From NCBI GenBank assembly GCA_019058015.1, contig JAHLWH010000192.1:302-64301 (forward strand): DNA of 64,000 nt. The letters are read 5' to 3'. Positions within the stretch are counted from its first letter, which is position 1, and every line of letters starts with the position of its first letter. Below are positions 1-10,389 of this stretch, in pieces. The notes beneath the pieces are model-generated. The model was not told the origin of the DNA and did no database searches. It was given only the letters and a program-made list of their open reading frames with translations. The stretch comes from Promethearchaeota archaeon. Lineage in GTDB: Archaea; Asgardarchaeota; Lokiarchaeia; Sigyniarchaeales; SOKP01. A program made the position numbers and the translations under genes.

Positions 1-510
1 ATTCTACTTGATAATAATTCTCATTTCTTTCTTTTTCAGTTGTTTCATAAATTATGTCTGGTTTAATGCTTGTTGAGAATCTTTTGGTCAAGCAGATTAC
101 CTAATTATGTTGTATTATTTTATGAATAATGGTATTTTTGAAGGTTTCTAATCTAATTAGTTATTAAATAGACTTTTTAGTTTAAAAAGGTTTTTCAACT
201 TGGTTAAAAAAAGATCATATCTATACAAAAAATTAAGATATTTGATTTTTTAAAATGCTATTGAATTTGAATTAATAATTATTAATATTCCACTTATTTT
301 GTTCTATTAAACCTTTTATAAACTCAAATTTAGGCAAATATTGGTATGAGATACAGCTGGACCTAAAGTATTATTATCGCTTAAAATTTTTACTAAAAAA
401 TTTATACAATTAGAATTTATAGAATAAATTAAATCTCTTAAATAATTAGATGGATTATATTACATTTTTGCAATAAATTATCTTTAAGTAAGTTGATATT
501 TGGGATTTAA

Positions 511-2067
511 TTGGAACAAAATAAAAGTAAAGAAAATGCGGAAACCAAAGGTCTTATATTTGAGTTTGATATTATAAAGCGGTTTTCCCTAATTTTTTTT
601 GCTAAAGCAATTGGGGAAGTTTTTTTTTTTATTGTAAGTAATATTTTATTGGTTAATTGGTTGAGTATTGAAGCGAACCGAGATTATATTATTTTTATTT
701 ATCTGGTAAATCTCTTTTTTAGTTTGATTTTTACCTTACATATTGCAATGCCAAGATTCTTACAGAGAGATTCGAGCAAAATTCAGTTGAGATATTTATA
801 TAATGGAACGATTCTTTTACTCCTTAATCTTATAATAATAATCATAGGTATTGTAATTTTTACATTTGGATTTAATTATGATTATAGAGTTTCGCTTCCA
901 GATTATGAAATTATGGTTATTTTTTTATTAGGAGGTATTGGTTATGAATTTTATCGTTTTTTTGAAGGTTGTTTGTATGGATTGAAATTATCCAGTAGAG
1001 TTGCAACAGTTATTTTTTTTTTATCGATAATTTTTTTAATACTTGGATTTAGTTTTGTTGCCATTCTTAATCTCGGATTTATCGGTGCGGCATTGAGTTA
1101 TATTTTATCGTATTTTATATTAGATGGAGTTTCTATTTTTTTTATTTTTCGTGGATCAAATCGAGACAAGAATCAAAATCGGAATTTTAAGATTAAAGGA
1201 TCTATAGATTTAAAAATACAAAAGGAGTTGATTTTATTCTGCTTACCGATTTTAGCTAGTAATATTTTTTATTATTTAAATACTCGGATTGGTCCATTTC
1301 TATTGAGTAATTTAGGTGATGAGTCTCCGCTTATTTTTGGTTTATCTTTATCTTTAACAATATACTTAATTGGTTTGCTTGGAGTAACGGTAAATGATTT
1401 ATTATTACCGTATGAATCGGACGCTTTCTATCATAATGATCAAAATAGAATAAAGAAGATTTATAAATTAATTTTCACTTTTGTTGTAGTTATAATTATT
1501 CCATTATTATTGGCATGTATAACTATGTCGAATTTAATTCTTGGATTTCTTTATCCAAGTATTTATACACAGTTTCCAATCTTCTTGGATGTTTTTCAAT
1601 TAATTTTAATAGGTGGTCTTTTTTATAGTTTGAATCAATTTACAGCGAAGTTTCTTATAGCAAAAGGATTAACTATTAGATTTTTAATAATTCAAGTAAT
1701 AGGAGCGTTGATAAATATATTATTTACCGTAATTTTCCTTCCTTATTTTGGCATTTATTCGGCAACATCAGCGTTTATTATATCAATGGCGATAATGTTT
1801 ATTTTATATTTTTATTGTTTATCGAGGATAATAGAGCAATCTTTATGGCAATTTAAATTAATTCAGACAGTTATTTCTATAATTGTAGTTATTTTTGAGT
1901 TTCTTGTTTTGAAAATAGGTTTTGGGTTTAATGATTATTTAGTTGGTGGATTATCTTTACTTTCTTATTTTTTTCTTTTATTCGGCTTTAGGATTTTAAA
2001 ATTTAGAGATTTAAAAAATTTTTTAAATGATTTTAAGGTAATGATTTTTAAAAGCAAAAAGGTTTGA
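511..2067 (+). CDS. Polytopic membrane protein, Wzx/MOP-type polysaccharide flippase-like
   Basis: 518-aa ORF (TTG start in track). It is hydrophobic throughout with many TM-length stretches and heads a same-strand run of glycosyltransferase genes. The family call rests on architecture and context only. Confidence 0.5.
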   Translation: MEQNKSKENAETKGLIFEFDIIKRFSLIFFAKAIGEVFFFIVSNILLVNWLSIEANRDYIIFIYLVNLFFSLIFTLHIAMPRFLQRDSSKIQLRYLYNGTILLLLNLIIIIIGIVIFTFGFNYDYRVSLPDYEIMVIFLLGGIGYEFYRFFEGCLYGLKLSSRVATVIFFLSIIFLILGFSFVAILNLGFIGAALSYILSYFILDGVSIFFIFRGSNRDKNQNRNFKIKGSIDLKIQKELILFCLPILASNIFYYLNTRIGPFLLSNLGDESPLIFGLSLSLTIYLIGLLGVTVNDLLLPYESDAFYHNDQNRIKKIYKLIFTFVVVIIIPLLLACITMSNLILGFLYPSIYTQFPIFLDVFQLILIGGLFYSLNQFTAKFLIAKGLTIRFLIIQVIGALINILFTVIFLPYFGIYSATSAFIISMAIMFILYFYCLSRIIEQSLWQFKLIQTVISIIVVIFEFLVLKIGFGFNDYLVGGLSLLSYFFLLFGFRILKFRDLKNFLNDFKVMIFKSKKV

Positions 2068-2133
2068 AATCTGACTAATTCAATAAGCATTTGTTATTTT
2101 GGGACATATTCCAGAGAAGCAATTCGAAATAGA

Positions 2134-3180
2134 GTGTTAATCAAAGGTTTAATTAATAATAGCATTAATATTATTGAATGTAATGAAAAAAGTAAAACAT
2201 TTGTAGAAGTTAATAAAGGAAGATATATTATTAACTCATTTAAGAACAGTTTAAAGCTATTAAAGAAGTTAATAGTTTCACATAATTTTGATTTAGTAAT
2301 AGTGGGATATCCTGGGTTCGACTCTGTGCTTCAGGTGAAGCGATTAACAAATAAACCCATTATTTATGATCCATTTATTTCTTCTTACTTGTCATATGTA
2401 TATGATTATAAATATATTAGTGAAAAGTCCTTATTAGCGAAAATTTCTTTTTTCATTGACTATTTTTCATTTAAAGAAGCAGATTTAATATTATCGGATA
2501 CAAAAATTCATGGGAAGATCTTTTCTAAGTTATTTAATCAAAAGCCAAGTAAGATCAAAACGATTTTAGTAGGTTCTGATCCTGAAATTTTTTATCCACG
2601 AGAGTATAAAAAAGATAAAAATAAATTCATTGTTGGTGTTTATGGCACATATATACCATTACAAGGCATAAAGGTTATAATAGAAGCAGCTAAAATTCTA
2701 AAGAGAGATCCTGAACTTAAATTTGAGATTATTGGTGGAAAACCAGGAAATGTTTTATTTCAAGAGATAATTAAATTTAGAAAAAAGTATAATTTAAATA
2801 ACGTTGAGTTGATACCACATATTCCTTTAAGTCAATTACCAGAAAAAATTGAACGTTCTGATGTCCAACTTGGAATTTTTGGGGGTACCTTAAAATCAAA
2901 TATTGTAATACCTAATAAAGTTTATTCCGCGTTAGCTATGAAAAAACCGATAAGAACCGCAAATACAATAGCAGGAAGGGACCTTCTGACACATGAGAAC
3001 AATGTTTATTTATGTAAAAATGCAAATGGTGTTTCATTGGTTAAATCGATCACTATATTGTATGAAGATAAAAATTTAAGAGATAAAATTGCTCGGAATG
3101 GATATAAATTATTTGAGAGAGATTTAACTCCTCAAAAATTAGGAAATGATTTAAAAAAGATTTTCTTAAAACTATTATAA
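2134..3180 (+). CDS. Glycosyltransferase, GT-B (group 1/GT4-like)
   Basis: 348-aa ORF. The C-terminal half has a GT-B-like pattern (GVYGTYIPLQGI ... VIPNKVYSALAMKKPI). It lies inside the glycan cluster. Confidence 0.55.
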   Translation: MLIKGLINNSINIIECNEKSKTFVEVNKGRYIINSFKNSLKLLKKLIVSHNFDLVIVGYPGFDSVLQVKRLTNKPIIYDPFISSYLSYVYDYKYISEKSLLAKISFFIDYFSFKEADLILSDTKIHGKIFSKLFNQKPSKIKTILVGSDPEIFYPREYKKDKNKFIVGVYGTYIPLQGIKVIIEAAKILKRDPELKFEIIGGKPGNVLFQEIIKFRKKYNLNNVELIPHIPLSQLPEKIERSDVQLGIFGGTLKSNIVIPNKVYSALAMKKPIRTANTIAGRDLLTHENNVYLCKNANGVSLVKSITILYEDKNLRDKIARNGYKLFERDLTPQKLGNDLKKIFLKLL

Positions 3181-3202
3181 TTAAAATAAATTAGAACTTT
3201 TT

Positions 3203-4351
3203 TTGGAACTCATGAAAATTTTACATATTATGGCATATCCACCTGATCATATTGGTGGCTATTCAGTTTATTGTCGAAATTTAATAAGAAATTTAAATTC
3301 TCATGGGTTTGAATGTGAAATTTTAACTTCTAATTATAATCGGATCTCTAAAAAGGGAGAATATTTTGATTCTGAAGGTATAAAAATTATTAGTAAAAGG
3401 TATTGGGGAAATCTTTTTGGAATAAATCCAATGTTTAATATTACAAGGTTTTTAAGCAAGTATTATATGAATTATGATATAATTCATGCTCATTCTTATA
3501 TTTTTTTTAGTTCAATTCAAGCTGCATTATTTAGAAAGATATGTAAATTCCCATTAGTTCTTCAATTACATGGCGGGATTCAAACTGATGCCTTTTATAC
3601 TTCAAATTTATTTGAAAATCTCCAACTTTTATTCAAAAAAATAATATTTGATCCAGTTTTTGGAAAATTTACTTTAAAAAATCCAGATTCTTTGGTATCA
3701 GTCTCAAATATAGACTTACAAACCGTTTTAAAAAGATTTAAGGTGAAACGGGAGAAAAATTATTGGATTCCAAATGGGGTTAATACCTCTCACTTCAAGC
3801 CACTTGATGGAGTTAAAAAGAGGTATCTAACTTTTATTGGTCGCTTAAGTTATATTAAGGGTTTTGATTTATTTTTAAAGATAATTGAAAAAATTTATAA
3901 AAAAAATCAGAATATTGAATTTCTTGTTGTGGGAAATGGTCCATTAAATTATATGCTTCAAAATTATAAAAAGCGAATTCCTATCAAACATTATTACAGA
4001 ATCCCATATGAAAAGATGGTCGAAATATATAATCAATCAAAAATTTTATTAATTAGTTCTCGATATGAGGGGATGCCATCAACAATGCTAGAATCAATGG
4101 CTTGTGGGACGCACGTTGTAGCTTCTAAAGTAGGAGGTATTCCTGAAGTAATTAAGGATGAAAAATACGGATTTTTGTTTGATATAAATAATTTAATGGA
4201 AGTTTCGGAAATTTGTTTAAAATTAATTGAGAATCAAACAAAAAGGACTGTAAATTCTAAAAAAATTAGGGAATACATAAAACGGAATTTTTCTTGGGAA
4301 ATAATTACCAAAAAAATGATTAGAGTTTATAAAGATTTGATAGAATCGTAA
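3203..4351 (+). CDS. Glycosyltransferase family 4 (group 1)
   Basis: Contains 'SRYEGMPSTMLESMACGTHVVASKVGGIPEVI', the E-x7-E region typical of GT4 retaining glycosyltransferases. The true start is probably the ATG at 3212 (MKILHIMAYPP). Confidence 0.8.
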   Translation: MELMKILHIMAYPPDHIGGYSVYCRNLIRNLNSHGFECEILTSNYNRISKKGEYFDSEGIKIISKRYWGNLFGINPMFNITRFLSKYYMNYDIIHAHSYIFFSSIQAALFRKICKFPLVLQLHGGIQTDAFYTSNLFENLQLLFKKIIFDPVFGKFTLKNPDSLVSVSNIDLQTVLKRFKVKREKNYWIPNGVNTSHFKPLDGVKKRYLTFIGRLSYIKGFDLFLKIIEKIYKKNQNIEFLVVGNGPLNYMLQNYKKRIPIKHYYRIPYEKMVEIYNQSKILLISSRYEGMPSTMLESMACGTHVVASKVGGIPEVIKDEKYGFLFDINNLMEVSEICLKLIENQTKRTVNSKKIREYIKRNFSWEIITKKMIRVYKDLIES

Positions 4352-4484
4352 TTTGACTAAACAATAACAATTTTATTAAAAAAATTCATAAATTTTAATA
4401 AATAATATTTCCAAATATATAATAATATTATAAATATTTATTTAACTAAATAAGTAGTTTCTTATATAAAAATAGGGTTTAATT

Positions 4485-5315
4485 TTGACGAAAGAACTCG
4501 TAGAACCATTAATTACAACAAGAAATATTTTAAACGGATTGAATCATGTTGATCGTGCAATAAAAATAATAATTCCCATCTATAATGAAGGAAATTCGAT
4601 AACAAATTTAATCAAAAGAATCCAGTATACATTTTCTAAATTAAATAAAACGGTTGAAATAATTTGTATTGATGATGGTTCAATCGATAATACAAGAGAA
4701 ATTTTAAATAAATTAGGTATAACACTCTTATGTAATGAAAGAAATCTAGGAAAGGGAGAGGCATTAAAAAAAGGTTTTGAATATTGTGATTATTATGATA
4801 CAATAATAACTCTTGATGGTGATGGAGAGCACTGTCCAGAAGATATTCCTAAATTATTAAAACCTCTTAGAAATAGAGAAGCAGATATAGTTATAGGGTC
4901 TCGATTTTTAAATACACAAAATGGAAATGGTAGTTATTTAGAAAATAAGAAATATTTGTCTCAATTAAGAAAAGTTGGAAATCAGTTATTTTCAATAATT
5001 GGTACGATGGTTACCCAAAAATATATTACCGATACCCAAAGTGGATTTAGAGCCTTTGGACCAAATATTGTTCATAATTTGAATCTTAAATCCTCGGGTT
5101 TTGAAATAGAAACAGAAATTATTATAGAAGCACTAGAAAAAGATTATACGATTAAAGAAGTTGCTATTTATAATGGAGAATCTCACAGAGATTCGTATAT
5201 GAATCTTGTATTAGATAGTCTTAAAATTGGACTTACTTTTTTTAGCGGAATTTTTCCAAAGAATCTTAAATTTATCCTTAGGTTTCTAACTGCTAAAATG
5301 AATAAAATAAGATAA
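4485..5315 (+). CDS. Glycosyltransferase family 2 (dolichyl-phosphate sugar synthase-like)
   Basis: Contains 'IIIPIYNEGNSI', 'DDGSIDNT' and 'LDGDGEH', the GT-A/GT2 DxD-type motifs. Confidence 0.8.
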   Translation: MTKELVEPLITTRNILNGLNHVDRAIKIIIPIYNEGNSITNLIKRIQYTFSKLNKTVEIICIDDGSIDNTREILNKLGITLLCNERNLGKGEALKKGFEYCDYYDTIITLDGDGEHCPEDIPKLLKPLRNREADIVIGSRFLNTQNGNGSYLENKKYLSQLRKVGNQLFSIIGTMVTQKYITDTQSGFRAFGPNIVHNLNLKSSGFEIETEIIIEALEKDYTIKEVAIYNGESHRDSYMNLVLDSLKIGLTFFSGIFPKNLKFILRFLTAKMNKIR

Positions 5316-5346
5316 TTATTAAGATACGATATTTTAATAATCATTA

Positions 5347-7548
5347 ATGAATTTTATTGAATTCATAATTAAGAACAGAATTTTAAATAAGTGTAAATCA
5401 AAATCAGAGAATTTTATTTTTTTAATTGTAAGAAATTTTGATTTATTGGTTAATTTATTTCTAGTTTTAAGTATATTTTTAATTACCATTAGTTTTTTCG
5501 GTTTTAATTTAAATTCATTGTTTATTTTATTTCCAAGCGTGTTTCTTATTTATTTTATTCCTGGATACCAACTATTCTTCAGAATATTTGAACATAAATA
5601 TAATTTCATTGAAAAAATCGCATTAACAATAATATTTAGTATGATTTTTAATATTTTGATTGGAATAATTGGGGGGTATTTAGGCATATTGATATCAGGT
5701 TTATTTTATATGATCTGTATTCTTATAGCATTTTATTTTCTTATGTTTTTAAATAAATGTATTAGAAAAACTGCACTTATTAAACAAAATGATGTAATGC
5801 ATATTGGGAACTTAATTCCTAAAAATTTCTTACTATTTATTGTATTTCTTGTGTTATTTGCATTTTTCTCAATTTCGCGATATCCCTTATTATTTGGGAC
5901 TGATCCTTGGTTCCATTTAATTTTAACTAACGAGATTATTGAAACAGGAAAAATTCCATTTGAATCATATAGAGGATTAAATGGATTACATCTTATGGGA
6001 GCTGTTATACATTTTTTTTCTGGATATCCAACTATTGAAATAGTTCGATATTTTCCAATTATTAATTATATAATTTCTGGCTTAATAGGATTGATAGTAT
6101 TTAAAAAAATTTTTAAAAATAACCAGATTGGAATTCTTAGTTCTCTATTATTATTAGTTGCTCCATATCATTATGATGAAGCACAGAGTCAATATTCTCC
6201 AACTGCTTTATGTTTATCCATTTTTCTTTTTATGATGTTTTTTTATATTGAGCGTATTAAAAATTTTAAATTTGAGATTAAACAGTCTGTGATAAGCTAT
6301 ATTTTCATAGGTATCGGTTTTTTTGCATTAATTTTTATTTCAGATATAAGTGCAATTTTATTTTTAGGTTTATTTATCTTTATTTCGTTTTTTTTTACAA
6401 TTCTTGATAAGAAAAAATTCATTGATTTGGGATTTTTTACTTTCTTATTTCTAATTTATGTAGTGTATAATATTATTGGCTTTCAAACAATTATTGTTGA
6501 AAGCTTTTTGGTTGATCTATCATTACCAATATATCTTTTCCCAATTCTTGGTGTAATTGGGATTAGTTTAATAATTTTGATTAGTAAATATTCATCTGAA
6601 CCAAAAGGGAAATTTAAATCCTGGTTGAATGTAGAACCAAATGCAAGTATTTTAAAAAAGGTTAGTTTGATATATTTGAAACCAATTTTAATCATATTAA
6701 TCATAATACTTCCGATTATTATATCAATTTTAATCACAATCAGTTTTACTATATCTTATGATTTTGTATATATATTCACATATATAGTGATTCCTATAAC
6801 AGTTATTGTTGCTTCTATGATCTTATCTGTTTTTGGAGTTATTATTTATCGTAAGAAGCATTTAGATGGCACATTAATATATCTTTGGACATACTATTCA
6901 GTTTTGATTCTTGCAGTTTATTTTATTTATGATTTATTATTTATCAAATATATGTTATGGATACGAATGATCACATATTCGAGTATTGGATTAATATGCG
7001 CAGAAATGGCATATTTATTTTATTTATATCAAGATAAATTCTTTAAACCAAAAACTTACAAAAAGTTTTATTTAATTGTTTTTAATTTAACACTTATTAG
7101 TTCATTATTGGCTACGTCAAATGTAACTCAGTTTAAAAAAAGTTATGAAATCTCAAGTGCTCAATGGTTTGGAAGACATTTAAGTAAAGAGAGTTCTTTC
7201 TTGACCGGATTTAGATGGAATTATATTTTAGATTATTATTCAGGAGAAAATCAAAGTATTTATTTTAATGAAGCATTTCTTTTATTTCCATCTAATCAAA
7301 TAAATGAAACTGGTTTTAACAATTTAAGGCAATTTCAACAAGAATTAAATGAAATTGATTTATTTTTATTGTTAGATGATAAGCAGATTATGGAAGGAAT
7401 ATTTGGTGATGTAATCGGAATTAATTTAGGAAAGTTAAATTCTACAATATTAAAAGAATATTATAATTTACCCTATTTAAATAGAATATTTACATCAAAA
7501 AATGCAATGAATCAATCGGTTCAGGTTTATTGGGTTAATGGAAATTAA
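5347..7548 (+). CDS. Large GT-C-type membrane protein, possible divergent AglB/STT3-like oligosaccharyltransferase
   Basis: 733 aa, with more than 12 hydrophobic helices followed by a ~150-aa soluble C-terminus. The first-loop motif 'GTDPWFHL' (5902-5916) resembles the STT3/AglB loop-1 acidic motif. 'SAQWFGRHLSKESSFLTGFRWNYILDYY' (FRWNY at 7210-7224) sits where WWDYG would be but is degenerate. Confidence 0.4.
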   Translation: MNFIEFIIKNRILNKCKSKSENFIFLIVRNFDLLVNLFLVLSIFLITISFFGFNLNSLFILFPSVFLIYFIPGYQLFFRIFEHKYNFIEKIALTIIFSMIFNILIGIIGGYLGILISGLFYMICILIAFYFLMFLNKCIRKTALIKQNDVMHIGNLIPKNFLLFIVFLVLFAFFSISRYPLLFGTDPWFHLILTNEIIETGKIPFESYRGLNGLHLMGAVIHFFSGYPTIEIVRYFPIINYIISGLIGLIVFKKIFKNNQIGILSSLLLLVAPYHYDEAQSQYSPTALCLSIFLFMMFFYIERIKNFKFEIKQSVISYIFIGIGFFALIFISDISAILFLGLFIFISFFFTILDKKKFIDLGFFTFLFLIYVVYNIIGFQTIIVESFLVDLSLPIYLFPILGVIGISLIILISKYSSEPKGKFKSWLNVEPNASILKKVSLIYLKPILIILIIILPIIISILITISFTISYDFVYIFTYIVIPITVIVASMILSVFGVIIYRKKHLDGTLIYLWTYYSVLILAVYFIYDLLFIKYMLWIRMITYSSIGLICAEMAYLFYLYQDKFFKPKTYKKFYLIVFNLTLISSLLATSNVTQFKKSYEISSAQWFGRHLSKESSFLTGFRWNYILDYYSGENQSIYFNEAFLLFPSNQINETGFNNLRQFQQELNEIDLFLLLDDKQIMEGIFGDVIGINLGKLNSTILKEYYNLPYLNRIFTSKNAMNQSVQVYWVNGN

Positions 7549-7569
7549 ATTATTTTTAATTTAAACCAA

Positions 7570-9951
7570 TTAAAAAATTATTTTATTTTTTTTTGTCCAA
7601 TTAATTAATTGTTCTATTCCTTCTTGAGGATTTATTTTTGGGTTCCAATTGAGTTTTTGTTTTGCTTTGGATATATCAGAGATGTAGACTTTTTGATCAC
7701 TTGGTCTCCAATCAAAAAATTCTAGATTTATTTTTTTATCTAATTTATTTTCAAGTAAAGATATTAACTCAAGTAAAGAAAGTGTATTTTCCTTTCCACC
7801 ACCCATACAAAATACTTCATGTTTTAATTTTTGAGAGTTTTTAATGAATTTATCATATGCATTAATTAAATCAGATACATATAATAAATCGCGAACTTGT
7901 TTTCCATCTCCATAGATATTGATTTTTTTATCTAATATTGCTGAAATTACAAAATGAGCAACCCATCCTGGGTCCTCAAAGCCGAATTGCCTTGTTCCGT
8001 AAATACAATTATGAACCAAAAAACCATTAGCTATAAAAATATGAGTATTTTCAACAGTAATATCATATATATCTTCCATCTCTATTTGTTTAATTTCAAT
8101 TATATTATCCCATAATAATTCTTTGGGAAGATTTTTATTATAAAACCTAAACCATTTTATAAATGATTTTTCATTGCTTTTATCCCACTCCATAAAATTA
8201 TATAATTCAGAATTTCGATAAGGATGACAAGCAAATCCGACTTTTGCAAAATTTGTTCTGTTTTTTTTTCCTGCATAAATTTTAAATACTCTTTGAATTG
8301 TTGTTACTCCAGATTTTCTTTTATAATCACCACCATTAAAAATTTCACTTGTTTTTACTCCAAACTCTTGTAAAAGTATTTTTTTTATTGTATTAAGATA
8401 ATCATATAAATTGGATCCGAGTTTTTCATCTTTACTTTGTGCAAATGAAAGACCCCCGTATCTCTCATCAGTATAAGTTATTCGAGCAAGTTCAGCAGAA
8501 AATAGACCTGTTAAAAAACATCGTCGTGTTTCTCTATCGCTTTCTAAAATCCAATTTGGAATATTAAAGGATTTTAAAGCTTTATCTCCTAATGGGACAC
8601 CCAATAATTGAAATAAAGAGCTATATTCTGCTTGAGTTATGACTATTCTTATACTTTTTCCATTTATTACTCTTCCATTAGTTAATTTAGATTTAGAAAT
8701 AGTAATTTGTTCTTTAGAATGAGGTATTCCCAATGAATCCAAAATCTTTTTTATAAAATTAATTTCTTCTTCTTTACCATAAATCTGTAATGCTAAAGAG
8801 ATATTATTCCTATTTTTAGCTTGATATGTATAAAGATTAGCATCTCCAAAACAATAACCAACTAATTCTATTATTCTTTGATAACCTCTTGCAGCTTTTG
8901 AAAAGGGAAGTAATCCTTTTTCTTCCATAGATTTTATTTTTCTTTGAATTGTTATTTCTCTAATATTTAATTTTTTTAGATTTTTATAAATATCATCCTT
9001 AGTAACTAATATTTCACAATTATCTTCAAAATCTATATATTCTTTTTCAATTTGAGGATAAATACATATTAATTCACCATAATTTAATGAATCTATTCTC
9101 TTAAATCCATTTGGTGTATAAAATCTATGGTCTCCTGTTGCTTTTATTATATGATTTCTTCTTGTAGTTATTTTATAAAGTATTTTATTTTCAGAATTTG
9201 TCCTTAATTGTTTAATTACATTAGAAAAAACAATTTTTTTACCATCAAATGAAAGAAGAATATCATTTTCATTAATATCCATTATTTTTTTAGAACCAAG
9301 TATAGTTTGAATAATTGTATCTCCTGTTAAGCACGACATTCTAAACACCCCAGTTTTTAATCCATATATGTGTCCATATTCTTGAACATAAACATCAGCA
9401 CAAAATTTAGAAGCGCCATACGGAGTATGTTCGCATAAATCTGTAGAAAATTCCTCAGATATGCCATTTTTATATTCTGAAGTAAATTCATATCTTGTTT
9501 CTTTTTCCTCAATATCACATTCATTAACGTTATTACCGAATACTTTATTTGTAGAACAAAAAACTATTGCAGGATTTGATTTCGAAATTCTCACAGCTTC
9601 CAATAGATTATAAGTTCCAATTAAATTATTCTCGAAATCTTCTTTTGGATTGGTTACTGAAGTGGTTACTGCAGTCTGTCCTGCAGCATGAATTAATACA
9701 TCAATTTCATTTTTTTTTAATAAATCCTTTAAAAAGTCAAAATCTCTTATATCTTTTTGGCAGAACTCGATATTCTTGTATTGATGCAAATAATTCCAAT
9801 TATACATTGCATTTTTATCATCTTTATGCAACAATCTTGCACGGGATAAATTATCAATTACAATGACTTTATTATTTTTTTGTTTTGCATAATATTCAGC
9901 CACGTGTGAGCCAATAAAACCCCCACCGCCAGTAACAACGATTTGATTCAT
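7570..9951 (-). CDS. NAD-dependent sugar epimerase (CDP-paratose 2-epimerase-like SDR) interrupted by an intein
   Basis: The N-extein 'MNQIVVTGGGGFIGSHV...VIDNLSRA...YGASKFCAD...GVFRMS' and C-extein 'CIYGTRQFGFEDPGWVAHF...GDGKQVRD...' join into a ~351-aa extended SDR. It has the GxxGxxG and YxxxK motifs. Confidence 0.9.
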   Translation of the reverse strand: MNQIVVTGGGGFIGSHVAEYYAKQKNNKVIVIDNLSRARLLHKDDKNAMYNWNYLHQYKNIEFCQKDIRDFDFLKDLLKKNEIDVLIHAAGQTAVTTSVTNPKEDFENNLIGTYNLLEAVRISKSNPAIVFCSTNKVFGNNVNECDIEEKETRYEFTSEYKNGISEEFSTDLCEHTPYGASKFCADVYVQEYGHIYGLKTGVFRMSCLTGDTIIQTILGSKKIMDINENDILLSFDGKKIVFSNVIKQLRTNSENKILYKITTRRNHIIKATGDHRFYTPNGFKRIDSLNYGELICIYPQIEKEYIDFEDNCEILVTKDDIYKNLKKLNIREITIQRKIKSMEEKGLLPFSKAARGYQRIIELVGYCFGDANLYTYQAKNRNNISLALQIYGKEEEINFIKKILDSLGIPHSKEQITISKSKLTNGRVINGKSIRIVITQAEYSSLFQLLGVPLGDKALKSFNIPNWILESDRETRRCFLTGLFSAELARITYTDERYGGLSFAQSKDEKLGSNLYDYLNTIKKILLQEFGVKTSEIFNGGDYKRKSGVTTIQRVFKIYAGKKNRTNFAKVGFACHPYRNSELYNFMEWDKSNEKSFIKWFRFYNKNLPKELLWDNIIEIKQIEMEDIYDITVENTHIFIANGFLVHNCIYGTRQFGFEDPGWVAHFVISAILDKKINIYGDGKQVRDLLYVSDLINAYDKFIKNSQKLKHEVFCMGGGKENTLSLLELISLLENKLDKKINLEFFDWRPSDQKVYISDISKAKQKLNWNPKINPQEGIEQLINWTKKNKIIF
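8008..9333 (-). mobile_element. Intein (442 aa) with LAGLIDADG homing-endonuclease domain
   Basis: Starts with Cys ('CLTGDTII', codon 9333-9331). Block B is 'TGDHRFYT'. The two LAGLIDADG blocks are 'LVGYCFGDANL' and 'FLTGLFSAELA'. It ends 'FLVHN' (Asn codon 8010-8008), followed by the +1 Cys (8007-8005). Confidence 0.9.
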
Positions 9952-10389
9952 TTTTAAAAAATAATTACTTTATAATATTTGGTTTACTATTAAATTAATC
10001 AATTTTCTTAATTATAGAAATTAAAATTACCCATAATAATTAAATTTTCCACATAGTCCAATAAATTATTCAAATATTCGAAATTAAATGTAGAGACTCA
10101 TATGATTTTAAAAATAATTAGAAATCGAAAAATGCATAAATACACAAATCGATAAAGATCAATTAAAAATTATATCACCCAATAAAAAGATAAAGATTAA
10201 TATAGAAAACAAAATTTTATTAATATGATTTCGCATTATTATATTACGAAAAAGAAAAAAAGAAGAAATTATAGACACAAAAACTAATTAAAGTTATTTA
10301 TACCATCTTAAAAATATAATATTTTATTGAAAATCATAGGAGTTTCATAATTTATAAGTCAAAGATTATTATGAATTATTGTATTTACA

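Noticed and set aside
6483-6737. 84-aa minus-strand ORF inside the GT-C membrane protein gene
   Set aside because: It is fully nested antisense to a much longer, well-supported ORF, with low-complexity Ile/Lys-rich translation typical of AT-rich shadow frames. The same reasoning applies to 7662-7844 and 9567-9866 (antisense to the epimerase/intein gene).
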